A DNA stretch of 64,000 nt from Candidatus Latescibacterota bacterium (GCA_965200315.1 OZ241362.1:1344001-1408000); one strand, 5' to 3'; shown: positions 36,903 through 46,683, counted from the stretch's first letter. Translations and numbers: made by a program. The notes: a model not told the origin generated them from the letters alone.

Positions 36903-39170
36903 ATGTATCCACTGCCAAAGACGCCAACGCGCCTAGGGATCGCGCTCGCCGCCTTGTTGGGCTGCGCCTCCGAGCCGCCCCTGCCCGCGCAGAGCGCCCA
37001 GCGCTACGAACAGGCCCGCCAACACCTAGCGGCCGACCGTTTGGACTCCGCCGCCTACGTGCTCGAAGCGCTCGTCCGGCGCGACACCCTGCACTACGAG
37101 GCCGCGCTCGCGCTCGGGGAAATCTACTTGCGGCAAAGGCGCTACCAACGAGCCTTGTCTCCGCTCGCCCGCGCACAGAAGCTCGCGCCCGAGCGCATCG
37201 AACCCCGATTGCAGTTGGCCCAAGCCCTAAATAAACTCGGGCGTCAAGCCGAGGCGCGCGCCCTTTTCGATTCTCTCGTGGCGGCCTTCCCCGGCAATGC
37301 GGTCGCCTGCATGGCATACGCCGATCTTCTAATGACGCAAGACCAACCCGACGCCGCGGGTGCCCTCGCCCAGTACGAAGCCATCCTCGCCGTCGATCCG
37401 AGGCACTATCGAGCGCGCTCGGGCAAGGCCGCCTCGCTTTTGCGCTTGGGCGATTTTGCTGGTTCCGCCGTCCGCCTCGACAGCTTGCTCGCCGAGCGAC
37501 CAGACGACGTGTATCTCTCCTTCCTCTTGGGCGCGGCCCACCATCACTTGCGCCAATATCCCGAGGCCGTCGCCGCATACAAGCGCGCCATTGACGTTTT
37601 GCCCCCGGCATCGCCGCAGCGCACCGTGCGCCAGTGGAATCTGCGGCTGGCCTATATCGAGGCGTACGGCACCTACCCGGGCGATCTCGAACCGGCCTAT
37701 CAGATCGGCTTGGCACCGCTGGCTGAGGCGTCGCCGGTGCGCTTTACCGATGTGGCCGCAACGGCTGGCGTCGGCAAGCGAGATCGGGGGCGCGGCGTGG
37801 CGTGGCTCGACTACGACACCGACGGCGACCCGGACCTTTTTGCCGCGGGCATCCAAGCCCCACACGCACTCTACCGCAACGACGGCAACGGCCGCTTTGC
37901 CGACGTATCTGCCGCAGCCGACCTCGCAGACCCGCGCGGCGGCTGGGCGGCCATTGCCGCAGACTACGATGGCGACAGCCACCCAGACCTCTTTACCACC
38001 CGCGAAGCCTGGGAGGGCCTCGCGCCCAACTCGCTCTACCGCAATCAGGGGGACGGAACCTTTCGCGATGTCGCACCCCAAGCCGGAGTCGCCGGCACAG
38101 ACGACAGCTTCATGGCCGTCTGGACCGATTACGATAACGACGGCCTGCCAGATCTGTACGTGGCCTCGGGCATCACCGGCAGCGGACGGCCCAACCGCCT
38201 GTACCACAACCAAGGGGACGGCACCTTTGCCGACCGCGGCGCACAGGCTGGCGTGGACTATCGCGGCAAAACCCTCGGCGTGACCTGCGGCGATTACGAC
38301 GGCGACGGCGACAGCGACCTCTACGCCATTGACGTGGCCGCCCCCAACCATCTATACCGCAACGACGGAAACTACTTCAGCGATGTCACCGCCGCGGCTG
38401 GCGTGGCCAAACCGGGCGAGGGCAGCTACGTGGGGTTTTTCATCGACGGCGACGGCGACGGCGACCGAGACCTCTTCGTCTCGGCCATGAACTTTTACGA
38501 AGACATCGTGCAGTCGCAGGTTACGGGGCTGGCCTTGCGCCCGACCCGTGCCTATCTGTACCGCAACGACGGGCAGACCTTCCGCGACATCGCCCCTCAG
38601 CAAGGGCTGGCCCGCTCCTTTGGCTCGATGGGCGCGGGCTATGGCGATGTGGATTACGATGGTCTAATCGATATTTACCTGACCAACGGCGGCCCCATAA
38701 TGGCACGCTTTGAACCCAATACGCTGTTCCACAATCGCGGCGACCGTTTCGCCGACGTCACGGCCGCGGCCGGCGTCGGCAATCCGGGCAAGGGGCACGG
38801 CGTAGGTTTTGCCGACTACGATCTCGACGGCGATCTCGATCTCTATACCGCGGTCGGCGGCCACTACCAAGGCGACCTATGGGCCAACAGCCTGTACCGC
38901 AACGAGGGTCATCACAACCACTTTCTCGGCGTGGACTTAGGGCCTCAAGCCATCGGCGCGCAGTTGCGCCTGCGCGCCCAAGATCTGCTCGGAGTCGTGG
39001 AAATCAGCAGCGGCCCGGGCTTCGGGTCGTCCAACAGCTTATCCCCGGCCCTCGGCTTGGGGGCGCGCACCCGCGTCGATACCCTCGAAATCCGCTGGCC
39101 CACCGGCGCCCAGCAAATGTACGCGGATCTGGAAATCGACCGCTTCCACCGCTTTGCCGAGCAGCCCTGA
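36903..39170 (+). CDS. TPR + FG-GAP/ASPIC-UnbV lipoprotein
   Basis: Lipobox LLGC; N-terminal TPRs; FG-GAP repeats; GLG...VDTLEIRWP. Start taken at ATG 36903. Confidence 0.88.
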   Translation: MYPLPKTPTRLGIALAALLGCASEPPLPAQSAQRYEQARQHLAADRLDSAAYVLEALVRRDTLHYEAALALGEIYLRQRRYQRALSPLARAQKLAPERIEPRLQLAQALNKLGRQAEARALFDSLVAAFPGNAVACMAYADLLMTQDQPDAAGALAQYEAILAVDPRHYRARSGKAASLLRLGDFAGSAVRLDSLLAERPDDVYLSFLLGAAHHHLRQYPEAVAAYKRAIDVLPPASPQRTVRQWNLRLAYIEAYGTYPGDLEPAYQIGLAPLAEASPVRFTDVAATAGVGKRDRGRGVAWLDYDTDGDPDLFAAGIQAPHALYRNDGNGRFADVSAAADLADPRGGWAAIAADYDGDSHPDLFTTREAWEGLAPNSLYRNQGDGTFRDVAPQAGVAGTDDSFMAVWTDYDNDGLPDLYVASGITGSGRPNRLYHNQGDGTFADRGAQAGVDYRGKTLGVTCGDYDGDGDSDLYAIDVAAPNHLYRNDGNYFSDVTAAAGVAKPGEGSYVGFFIDGDGDGDRDLFVSAMNFYEDIVQSQVTGLALRPTRAYLYRNDGQTFRDIAPQQGLARSFGSMGAGYGDVDYDGLIDIYLTNGGPIMARFEPNTLFHNRGDRFADVTAAAGVGNPGKGHGVGFADYDLDGDLDLYTAVGGHYQGDLWANSLYRNEGHHNHFLGVDLGPQAIGAQLRLRAQDLLGVVEISSGPGFGSSNSLSPALGLGARTRVDTLEIRWPTGAQQMYADLEIDRFHRFAEQP

Positions 39171-39171
39171 A

Positions 39172-40380
39172 ATGGCGTGGCCACTGCTCTGCGCGGCATT
39201 CGCGCTCGCCTCCTGCGCCTCTGAGCCAGTTCCAGCACCGGAACCAGTCGATCACCTCGCCCGCGCCCGCGCTCACTTTGCGGCGACCCGCTTTGAAGAA
39301 GCGGCCGCAGCCGCCCGCGCCGGATTAGCCATAGACTCGACAAACGCCGATCTCCACAATGTGCTGGCCTCGTCCCATGCGGCTCAGGGGCGCTACGCAC
39401 TCGCCATAGAATCCCTCGCAACAACCGTCCGCCTCAAACCCGACTTCGCCATGGGCTTTGTGAACCTCGGCGGGATCTACACCAAGCTGGGCCAGTACGA
39501 CCGCGCCGACACCTATCTCCAGCGCGCCGTCCAGCTCAACCCCGACAACTCGCCAGTGCGCCGACGCTTGGGCGAGCTGTACTTGGCCACGGGCCGCTAC
39601 GCCGAGGCCACCCGCGAGCTGCTCGAAGCCCTGCGCCTCTTTCCCAACGACGCCACGCTCTACTACTACCTCGGCCAAAGCCTCGCGGCTGAGGGCCGAC
39701 AGGACGATGCCTTGGAGGCCTTCCAGCGCGCCACCTTGCTCGACCTCGGCTTTGCCGACGCCTTCTATCGCCTCGCCACCCTCGCCCGCCAAGCCGACCG
39801 CGACACCTTGGCGCAGCAGGCCCTAGCGAGTTTTGGGCATCTACAAACACTTAGCGGCAAAGAGGTCAAGCGGCTGCGCACAGCCATCCTCAACGCGCCC
39901 GAAGAAGCCGCCCATCACTACAACCTCGGCCTGTTCTTCGTCCGGCACGGGTACTTCCCCCAAGCCGAGAACAAATTCAATCGAGCCGTCGCCCTGCGCC
40001 CCGGAGACCTCGCCCTGCTCAGCCGCCTCGCTGGCGATCTCCTAAAGCTGCAACAACCCGAAGCTGCGCTGCGCTACTTACAGGTCGCCCTCGACCAAGA
40101 CCCAGCGCACTTTCCCGCCTTGCTCAACGCCGGCCACATCGCCGGCCAACTCAGACGCTACGACGAGGCCATCGCCTACTGCCGCCGAGCGGTCTCAGCA
40201 CGCCCAGACGACGCCGAGGGCTGGTACCTCCTCGGCTTGGGCCTGTTCAGCAAGGGGGAACGCGCCGCGGCCGAACAGGCGTTGCACCGCAGTATAGAGC
40301 TGAGTGCGGACGCTGAGACGCTGCGCGTCAAGGCCCAACAACTGCTCAACACCCTACAACAATCCACAGGAACGCCGTGA
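39172..40380 (+). CDS. TPR lipoprotein
   Basis: Lipobox LASC; tandem TPRs. Confidence 0.85.
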   Translation: MAWPLLCAAFALASCASEPVPAPEPVDHLARARAHFAATRFEEAAAAARAGLAIDSTNADLHNVLASSHAAQGRYALAIESLATTVRLKPDFAMGFVNLGGIYTKLGQYDRADTYLQRAVQLNPDNSPVRRRLGELYLATGRYAEATRELLEALRLFPNDATLYYYLGQSLAAEGRQDDALEAFQRATLLDLGFADAFYRLATLARQADRDTLAQQALASFGHLQTLSGKEVKRLRTAILNAPEEAAHHYNLGLFFVRHGYFPQAENKFNRAVALRPGDLALLSRLAGDLLKLQQPEAALRYLQVALDQDPAHFPALLNAGHIAGQLRRYDEAIAYCRRAVSARPDDAEGWYLLGLGLFSKGERAAAEQALHRSIELSADAETLRVKAQQLLNTLQQSTGTP

Positions 40381-41234
40381 GAAGCGATCTGACTAGTCGC
40401 CAGTGGCCAGCCGCCCCGGCAACCGCTCTGGCCGCGCTGCTTTCGCTCTTTTTTTCTTTCGCTCTCCAGCTCGCTTGTAGCGGGCCAGACCCCCACGCCG
40501 AGGCTTGGTCCCAACAGTACCAAGCCGGGCGCACAGCCCTCGGCCAGAGCCGCTTTGACGAGGCCGAACAAGCCCTAGCCCATGCCCTAACGCTAGCCGA
40601 AAACTTCGCCCCCGACGACCCGCGCTACGACCGCACCGCCCACCAACTCGCCCGGCTCCATGTCGTGCGCGGCGAGCTCGCACGGGCCGAAAGCCTCTAC
40701 CAACACTTGCGCGAGCGGCAAGCGGCCCTCCCAGACGATCATCCCGACAAGGTGTTGACGCTCGACAAACTGGGCGACACCTATCGGCTCCAGCAGCGGC
40801 CAACCGAGGCCGCCGCGCTCTACGACCGCGTCCTCGCCTTCCAACAGACGCACCGCGGCGATGAAGAAGTCGCAGAGACCATGCAGAAGTTATCCGACCT
40901 CTACCGCGCACAGAGCGACCGCGCCACAGCCGATTCCCTAGCCCAGCGCGCCCATGCCCTGAACCTCCGCGCCCGCGCCCATGCCCTGTTCCTTCAAGGC
41001 CACTACCAACGGGCCGCGCCCCTGTACCACAGTGCGCTGGCCCTGCAAGCGGGCGACCATCCCGATGTGGCCCGCACCTATTACTACCTAGGTCGCCTGT
41101 ATGACGCGCAGGATCGCTATCGGCAGGCCGAGCACTTCTACCGGCGAGCCCTAGCCGCGTCTCCCGCCAGCGATCCCGACCAAGTTGGCGCAGCACTCGC
41201 CGACCTGCTTGCCCGCAAGGCCATCCAACCCTAA
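40377..41234 (+). CDS. TPR (TPR_12 / kinesin-light-chain-like) lipoprotein
   Basis: LAC lipobox; DHPD..A....LG.LY..Q.RY..AE repeats. Confidence 0.8.
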   Translation: MRSDLTSRQWPAAPATALAALLSLFFSFALQLACSGPDPHAEAWSQQYQAGRTALGQSRFDEAEQALAHALTLAENFAPDDPRYDRTAHQLARLHVVRGELARAESLYQHLRERQAALPDDHPDKVLTLDKLGDTYRLQQRPTEAAALYDRVLAFQQTHRGDEEVAETMQKLSDLYRAQSDRATADSLAQRAHALNLRARAHALFLQGHYQRAAPLYHSALALQAGDHPDVARTYYYLGRLYDAQDRYRQAEHFYRRALAASPASDPDQVGAALADLLARKAIQP

Positions 41235-41253
41235 CGCCCACAGGAGTCTCTTG

Positions 41254-42255
41254 ATGAACCATCCCCCCACAGAATTCAAACGCATCGCCGCCGCTGACCT
41301 CAGAGTCTTTGGCACGGCCTGCCTCCGCGCCGCGGGCCTGTCCGACGCGCACGCTGTGCAGTTGGCCGCCCTGCTGACTAATTCAGACTTGCGCGGCGTA
41401 CGCTCGCACGGCACCCGCGCCCTATACGGGTATTGCTGCACACTCCGCGACCAAAAGGCCAACCCCGCCCCAGACATCCGCGTCCTGAGCGAAAGCGATA
41501 CCCACATCTTTGTCGATGGCGATGGCAGCCTCGGGTACGCGCCGACCATGCTGGCCGCCGAACGCGCCATCGCCAAGGCCAAGGAAAAGGGCCTCGCCGT
41601 CGGTGCGGCTTGCCACATTGGGCACTACGGCTCAGCCGGACACTACGTGCGCCGCGCCATGGCGGAAAACTGCGTGGGCTTCTCAGTACAAGCGGCCTAT
41701 CCCCAATACTACCCCAGCAACGAGGGCAAGCGCGCCGCCCACTACGGCAACCCGCCCTTGTGCTTTGGCCTGCCCGGGCAAGAAGGCCCTCCGCTGGTAC
41801 TCGACGTGGCCACCTGCATCCTCGCCGACTACCAGCGCGGCGAGCAGATCGAAGCCATTGAAGAGCTAATCCCCGCAGCCTTCTTCAAGTCCATGGGCTA
41901 CACCGCGATCGCCACTCTACTCGGCGGGGTTTTTGTCGGCCAAGGCGGCGACCGCGCCCACAAAATCTCCGCGCAATGGTCGGCGGCGCGCATGGGCAGC
42001 TTAATCCTCGTCCTCGACTTGGGCCTCTTCGCGCCCGCGCCGCAAGTGCGCCACGGCGTCGATGAGCTGGTGCGCTTGGCGAGCGAGCAGATGATCCCGC
42101 TGCGCGGGTACGACGAAGTCACCTTGCCCGGCACACCTGAGCACCGCAACGAAGAAGCGTACGCACGCGACGACATTCCCATCGGCTTAGAAGACGTCGA
42201 GCACCTAGCCGAGTGTGGCCGAGCCTTTGGCGTCGTGCCCCCGTGGCTGGACTAA
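41254..42255 (+). CDS. Ldh_2 family oxidoreductase (malate/L-lactate/ureidoglycolate-type)
   Basis: DLRGVRSHG, HIGHYG, GNPPLCFG motifs; AGGAG RBS. Confidence 0.88.
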   Translation: MNHPPTEFKRIAAADLRVFGTACLRAAGLSDAHAVQLAALLTNSDLRGVRSHGTRALYGYCCTLRDQKANPAPDIRVLSESDTHIFVDGDGSLGYAPTMLAAERAIAKAKEKGLAVGAACHIGHYGSAGHYVRRAMAENCVGFSVQAAYPQYYPSNEGKRAAHYGNPPLCFGLPGQEGPPLVLDVATCILADYQRGEQIEAIEELIPAAFFKSMGYTAIATLLGGVFVGQGGDRAHKISAQWSAARMGSLILVLDLGLFAPAPQVRHGVDELVRLASEQMIPLRGYDEVTLPGTPEHRNEEAYARDDIPIGLEDVEHLAECGRAFGVVPPWLD

Positions 42256-42302
42256 CGCCGAGTCGATTTCTACCTTAACGAACTGCAAAAAGGAGAAATT
42301 CT

Positions 42303-43169
42303 ATGAGCCTGACGCACGAGCGCCACGCCGAGCTAAAGCACTATGCCATCCAACTGCGCCGCCTAGTCGTCGAGTCGGTACACCACGCTGGAGCCGGCCA
42401 CTTGGGCGGCCCGATGTCCGCGGCCGAGTTGCTCATCGCCCTGTACTTCGCCGAGCTGAACATCGACCCGGCCCGGCCCCGCGACGCAGACCGCGACCGC
42501 TTCATCCTGTCTAAGGGGCACTCCTCAATCGGCCTCTACGCGGCCTTGGCCCTGCGCGGCTATTTGCCCATTGAGGAGCTCGCCACCTTTGACGCCATTG
42601 ACTCCCGCCTACAGGGCCACCCGGACATGAGCGTCCTCCCCGGCCTCGACATGTCCACCGGCTCGCTGGGCCAGGGCCTGTCGCCCGGCCTCGGCATGGC
42701 CCTCGCCGCCCGTCTGCAAGGGCGGGGCTTTCGCACTTGGGTGATGATCGGCGACGGCGACTCTCAGGAGGGGCAGATATGGGAGGCGGCCTTTGTCGCG
42801 GCGCGCTACGGGCTCGACAATCTCACGGCCATCCTCGACTGGAACGGGCTCCAGCAATACGGCTGGGCCACCCAAAAGGGCTACGGAGTACTCGACCGCT
42901 TGGCCGCGCAGGAAAACCCACTCAGCCGCTGGCGCGCCTTTGGCTGGAACGCCATCGAGGCCGACGGCCACGACTTTCCCGCCATTTTCTCAGCCTTTGC
43001 CGCAGCCAAGGCACACCGCGGCCAGCCCACCATCATCGTCGCCCGCACAGTCAAAGGCAAAGGAATCTCCTACATGGAAAACGACTTCAACTGGCACTCC
43101 AAGCCAGTGACCGACCAAGACCTCAAACAAGCGCAAGACGAACTCGCCGCGCAGGAGGCCGCCCTGTGA
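42303..43169 (+). CDS. transketolase, N-terminal subunit
   Basis: GHLGG, RDRFILSKGH, LQGHP, STGSLGQG, GDGDSQEG, TVKGKG. Confidence 0.95.
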   Translation: MSLTHERHAELKHYAIQLRRLVVESVHHAGAGHLGGPMSAAELLIALYFAELNIDPARPRDADRDRFILSKGHSSIGLYAALALRGYLPIEELATFDAIDSRLQGHPDMSVLPGLDMSTGSLGQGLSPGLGMALAARLQGRGFRTWVMIGDGDSQEGQIWEAAFVAARYGLDNLTAILDWNGLQQYGWATQKGYGVLDRLAAQENPLSRWRAFGWNAIEADGHDFPAIFSAFAAAKAHRGQPTIIVARTVKGKGISYMENDFNWHSKPVTDQDLKQAQDELAAQEAAL

Positions 43170-44113
43170 ACCTCTCCACCACCGGCGAGATGCTGGCCCA
43201 GCGCGATGCCTTCGGCGACGCGCTCATCGAACTCATTGACCGCGACCCGCGCGTGTACGTGCTCGATGGCGACTTGGCCAACTCGACTAAGGCCGACAAA
43301 GTCTCCCGCGAGCGGCCCGACCGCTTCCTCGAAATGGGCATTGCCGAGCAAAACATGATGGGCGTCGCCGCTGGCATGGCCACCTGCGGCCTCGTGCCGT
43401 GGCTGAGCAGCTTCGCCTGCTTCCTCGTCAACCGCGACCTCGACCAGCTCCGCGTCGTCGTCGCCCAGCCCAACCTGCCGGTCAAGCTCTGCGGTGCCTA
43501 CTCGGGCCTGTTGACCGGCAAGACCGGCAAAACCCATCAAGAAGTCGCCGACATCGCCGTCATGCGAGCCATGCCGAATATGACCGTCTTGGCCCCGGCC
43601 GACTCCGTAGAAGTCCGCGCCTGTATGCTAGTGGCCAACGACCTGCCCGGCCCCGTGTACGTGCGCATGACGCGCGATCCCGAACCAGTCATCTTTCCAG
43701 CCGATTACGAGTTTGAGCTAGGCCGCGCCCTTGTCGTGCGCGAGGGCACAGACGTCACCCTCATATCCACCGGAGCTCAAACCCCGCGCTGCCTCGCTGC
43801 GGCCGACGAATTGTCGTGCGAAGGAATCTCGGCGCTCGTCCTGCATGTACCGAGTCTCAAGCCGCTCGACGCAGACGCCATTGTCGCCGCGGCCGCGCAG
43901 ACGGGCTGCGTAGTAACGGCCGAAGACCACACCATCATCGGCGGCTTGGGCGGCTCAGTCGCTGAAGTGCTAGGCGAGCAGCGTCCCACGCCCATGCGGC
44001 GCGTCGGCATTCGCGACGTATTCGGCGAATCCGCACCCAACGAAGACTTGCTGCAAAAATACGGCTTGACCCCCGGGCACGTCGCGCAGGCGGCGCGGGC
44101 GCTGCTCTCTTGA
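43166..44113 (+). CDS. transketolase, C-terminal subunit
   Basis: GIAEQNM, GPVYVR, TAEDH.IIGGLG; GTG start overlaps the preceding stop. Confidence 0.95.
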   Translation: MNLSTTGEMLAQRDAFGDALIELIDRDPRVYVLDGDLANSTKADKVSRERPDRFLEMGIAEQNMMGVAAGMATCGLVPWLSSFACFLVNRDLDQLRVVVAQPNLPVKLCGAYSGLLTGKTGKTHQEVADIAVMRAMPNMTVLAPADSVEVRACMLVANDLPGPVYVRMTRDPEPVIFPADYEFELGRALVVREGTDVTLISTGAQTPRCLAAADELSCEGISALVLHVPSLKPLDADAIVAAAAQTGCVVTAEDHTIIGGLGGSVAEVLGEQRPTPMRRVGIRDVFGESAPNEDLLQKYGLTPGHVAQAARALLS

Positions 44114-44245
44114 CCGTCGTATCCAAATATCCGTAATTAGATGACACTCATTTACCGCAACCGCTAGCCACAAGCTGCTGATGACGCGACATACTGGATT
44201 CACTTCAGAGTGTTTATCCACCAGTAGAAGCTCATACGAGCCATT

Positions 44246-44283
44246 AGAGTGCATCTTTATCTTTGATGCACTCTTTTTCTTTG
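44246..44283 (+). terminator. intrinsic terminator (possibly part of an attenuator)
   Basis: AGAGTGCATC / GATGCACTCT 10-bp stem followed by TTTTCTTT. Confidence 0.8.
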
Positions 44284-44311
44284 GCCGGTGCCATAGGAGA
44301 CGAGAGGCCGC

Positions 44312-45031
44312 ATGAAAGAGGGTTTGTTGCAACTGTTGAAGCTCCAAAAAGTCGATAAAAAGCTCTTTGACCTCGAAGAGGCGAAAAAAAAATATCCCGC
44401 TGAAATCGACCTGTGTCGCAGCAAGATAGCAGAAGCGTGGTCCCCCTTGGCCGCGCCAGAGGCCGATAGGGCGAAGTTTGAAAAAGAGCAGCGTCACTTA
44501 GAACGCGAGATCGAAAGTGCCAAAGCCACCCTGCGCGAGCGCGAGGCACGCTTTGCCGTAGTAACTACCAACAAGGAATACGAAGCCCTCCAAGTCGAGG
44601 TCGAGATTTGCAGAGAGAAAATTGCCGATCACGAGAAGAATTTGATCGAAGCTAGGAATAAGCTAGAGGACGCTCAGAAGAAGATCGAAGAGAAACAAGG
44701 TGGGTTTGAGGCGACCCGCGAGGTCGAGCAAAAGCGCATAGACGAGCTCGAAGGCCTGCTCGGCACCATGCAGGAGCAAATCGCCGAAGTCGTAGCGCAG
44801 CGGCAGGTGGTCGCCAAGGATGCCGAGAACATTAACACCCAATTGCTGCAGACGTACGAGCGCAAGAGGGGGCGGCGTGGCATTCGCATAGCAGCCGTGC
44901 GCAAAGAAGCTTGCGGCGCTTGCTACCACCAGATGCCCGCTCAAACTCGCAACGAGGTGCGCATCGGCAACCGCGTCATCTACTGCGAAAGTTGCGGCAC
45001 CATTATGGTCTGGGACGAGCAGTCGGTTTGA
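44312..45031 (+). CDS. C4 zinc-ribbon coiled-coil protein (DUF164 / CT398-like)
   Basis: LLKLQKVD, long coiled coil, TNKEYEAL..E, CGACY...CESCG. Confidence 0.9.
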   Translation: MKEGLLQLLKLQKVDKKLFDLEEAKKKYPAEIDLCRSKIAEAWSPLAAPEADRAKFEKEQRHLEREIESAKATLREREARFAVVTTNKEYEALQVEVEICREKIADHEKNLIEARNKLEDAQKKIEEKQGGFEATREVEQKRIDELEGLLGTMQEQIAEVVAQRQVVAKDAENINTQLLQTYERKRGRRGIRIAAVRKEACGACYHQMPAQTRNEVRIGNRVIYCESCGTIMVWDEQSV

Positions 45032-45035
45032 TTTT

Positions 45036-45411
45036 GGGAGCAGTAAGTCGGGCGGGCGCACTAGCAGTCCTCAGTGGCCGCTAGTGAGGAAAGTCCGAGC
45101 TCCACAGGACAGGATGCTGGGTAACGCCCAGGGGGGGCAACCCCACAGACAGTGCCACAGAAAACACACCGCCCAGCTTGCTGGGTAAGGTTGAAAAGGC
45201 GAGGTAAGAGCTCACCGCACCTGCGGCGACGCAGGTGGCACGGTAAACCTCATCCGGAGCAAGGCTAAGTAGGGGAAAAGAGGTGGTCCGCCTCGCTAGA
45301 TTCCCGGGTAAGCTGCACCGAGGCGGCCGGGCAACCGCCGCCCCAGATGAATGCCCGCACAGCGCACTTCAGGTGCGCGGACAGAACTCGGCTTATAGAC
45401 TTACTCCTCCC
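45036..45411 (+). ncRNA. rnpB: RNase P RNA (bacterial class A)
   Basis: GAGGAAAGTCC, AGTGCCACAGAAA, GGTAAACC, AGATGAATG, ACAGAACTCGGCTTA; P1 pairing GGGAGCAGTAAGTC / GACTTACTCCTCCC. Confidence 0.97.
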
Positions 45412-45462
45412 ACACCCGGGGCCTAGTGGCTCCGGGTGATTTTTCTGTTTTTGGAGAGCTAT

Positions 45463-46683
45463 ATGTTCCCTTTGATCGCCGCGCTGGTGTTGATTGCCGC
45501 ACGGCTTCCCGCCCAACAGCCCGAGCGCTATACAATCGAGCCGCTGGTCTCGCAGCTAGCCAAGGGCTATATCGACTGGAAGCAACACGTGCTCTTCGCC
45601 TATGGCGACGGCACCGCTCCCGCGGCCGTCTCCGACCCCGTGCAGCAGCGGCTCCACGGGTTGCGCAATGCCCGGGGCGCGGCCTTCCACAACATGCGCC
45701 AATTAATCGGCCAAGTCCGCCTCAACGCCGACACCCAACTGCAAGACGCTGGCCTTGATCGCGATTTTCAAGACCTCGTCCGCGTGGCCATTGGCTCGCA
45801 AAGCGAGGACCAAGGGCACTATAGCATCGCCGTGCGGCTGCTTCTGCTAGGGGATTTCGCGGCGGCGGTGCTGCCTCAAGTCGAGCCCATAGACCCCAGA
45901 TCGCACGCCCTGAGCCACTCAGATGATTCCCCCGCAGCCCCAACGACCCCGGATTCGCTAACAGCACCAGTTAGCACCGACTCGCTCGCAACGCCCGCTA
46001 CCACCGATTCGCTAACGACGCCCGCTACCACCGACTCGCTCGCAACGCCCGCTACCACCGATTCGCTAACGACGCCCGCTACCACCGACTCGCTCGCAAC
46101 GCCCGCTACCACCGATTCGCTAACGACGCCCGCCACCACCGACTCGCTGGCGGCAGACGAACTCGTGTTTTTCGTGCCCGACGCACCCTATACCGGCCTG
46201 CTCGTCGATGTCCGCGGCCTCGGGCTGCAACCGAGCATAGCGCCGCGAGTGCTCAGCGCGGCTGGGCACGTGATTCACGGCGCAGCCACCGTGGACCGCA
46301 GCCTCGCCACGGGCTACGGAGTTGTCGGCTATGACGACGACATCGCCCGCGCCTACAAAAGCGAACGGCTCGGTGGCGAGGAGGCCAACCCTCTTGTCGT
46401 CAGGGCCACAGGCACGGCCGGTCACTACTCGGGCGACGCCGTCCTCGACAACTTCGATGCCGTCCAAGTGCTGCAAGCCGACGAGGTCGGCGGCTTTTTG
46501 CGCCAAGGCCGGGTGACCTTCCTCCTCGGCCCTTCGGCTGAGCTCTGGTCGCAGCCCGAGCCAGCGGCCTTCGATGGTACCCATTTCGATTCTACCTATA
46601 CCGATTCTACTTTCATCTTAGAAGGAATGGAAAATGAATTTGAGCTTTACGGAGAAATGGAATCAGGCGATCCGCAGGAATGA
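45463..46683 (+). CDS. exported LPP20-like protein with Thr/Ser/Pro repeat linker
   Basis: Signal peptide; GYIDW, YTGLLVDVRGL..PSIAPRV, NPLVVRA; GGAGAG RBS before ATG 45463. Confidence 0.75.
   Translation: MFPLIAALVLIAARLPAQQPERYTIEPLVSQLAKGYIDWKQHVLFAYGDGTAPAAVSDPVQQRLHGLRNARGAAFHNMRQLIGQVRLNADTQLQDAGLDRDFQDLVRVAIGSQSEDQGHYSIAVRLLLLGDFAAAVLPQVEPIDPRSHALSHSDDSPAAPTTPDSLTAPVSTDSLATPATTDSLTTPATTDSLATPATTDSLTTPATTDSLATPATTDSLTTPATTDSLAADELVFFVPDAPYTGLLVDVRGLGLQPSIAPRVLSAAGHVIHGAATVDRSLATGYGVVGYDDDIARAYKSERLGGEEANPLVVRATGTAGHYSGDAVLDNFDAVQVLQADEVGGFLRQGRVTFLLGPSAELWSQPEPAAFDGTHFDSTYTDSTFILEGMENEFELYGEMESGDPQE
45976..46149 (+). repeat. in-frame 27-bp tandem repeat (two alternating variants, 54-bp higher-order unit x3)
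   Basis: ACCGACTCGCTCGCAACGCCCGCTACC alternates with ACCGATTCGCTAACGACGCCCGCTACC; encodes TDSL(A/T)TPAT. Confidence 0.95.

Noticed and set aside
44135-44192. Fluoride riboswitch (GATG...AACCGC...GCTGATGAC)
   Set aside because: The P1 and pseudoknot pairings cannot form, and no fluoride-related gene follows.
44178-44245. Hammerhead ribozyme (CTGATGA...GAA)
   Set aside because: Stem II does not follow CTGATGA directly, and there is no GAAA or proper UH cleavage triplet.
45976-46149. Possible CRISPR array
   Set aside because: The units are contiguous with no unique spacers and lie in frame inside a CDS; no cas genes are present.
46634-46683. 50-bp overlap between the LPP20-like gene and pyrF as a regulatory feature
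   Set aside because: More simply explained by a low-complexity acidic tail extension; no attenuator structure seen.
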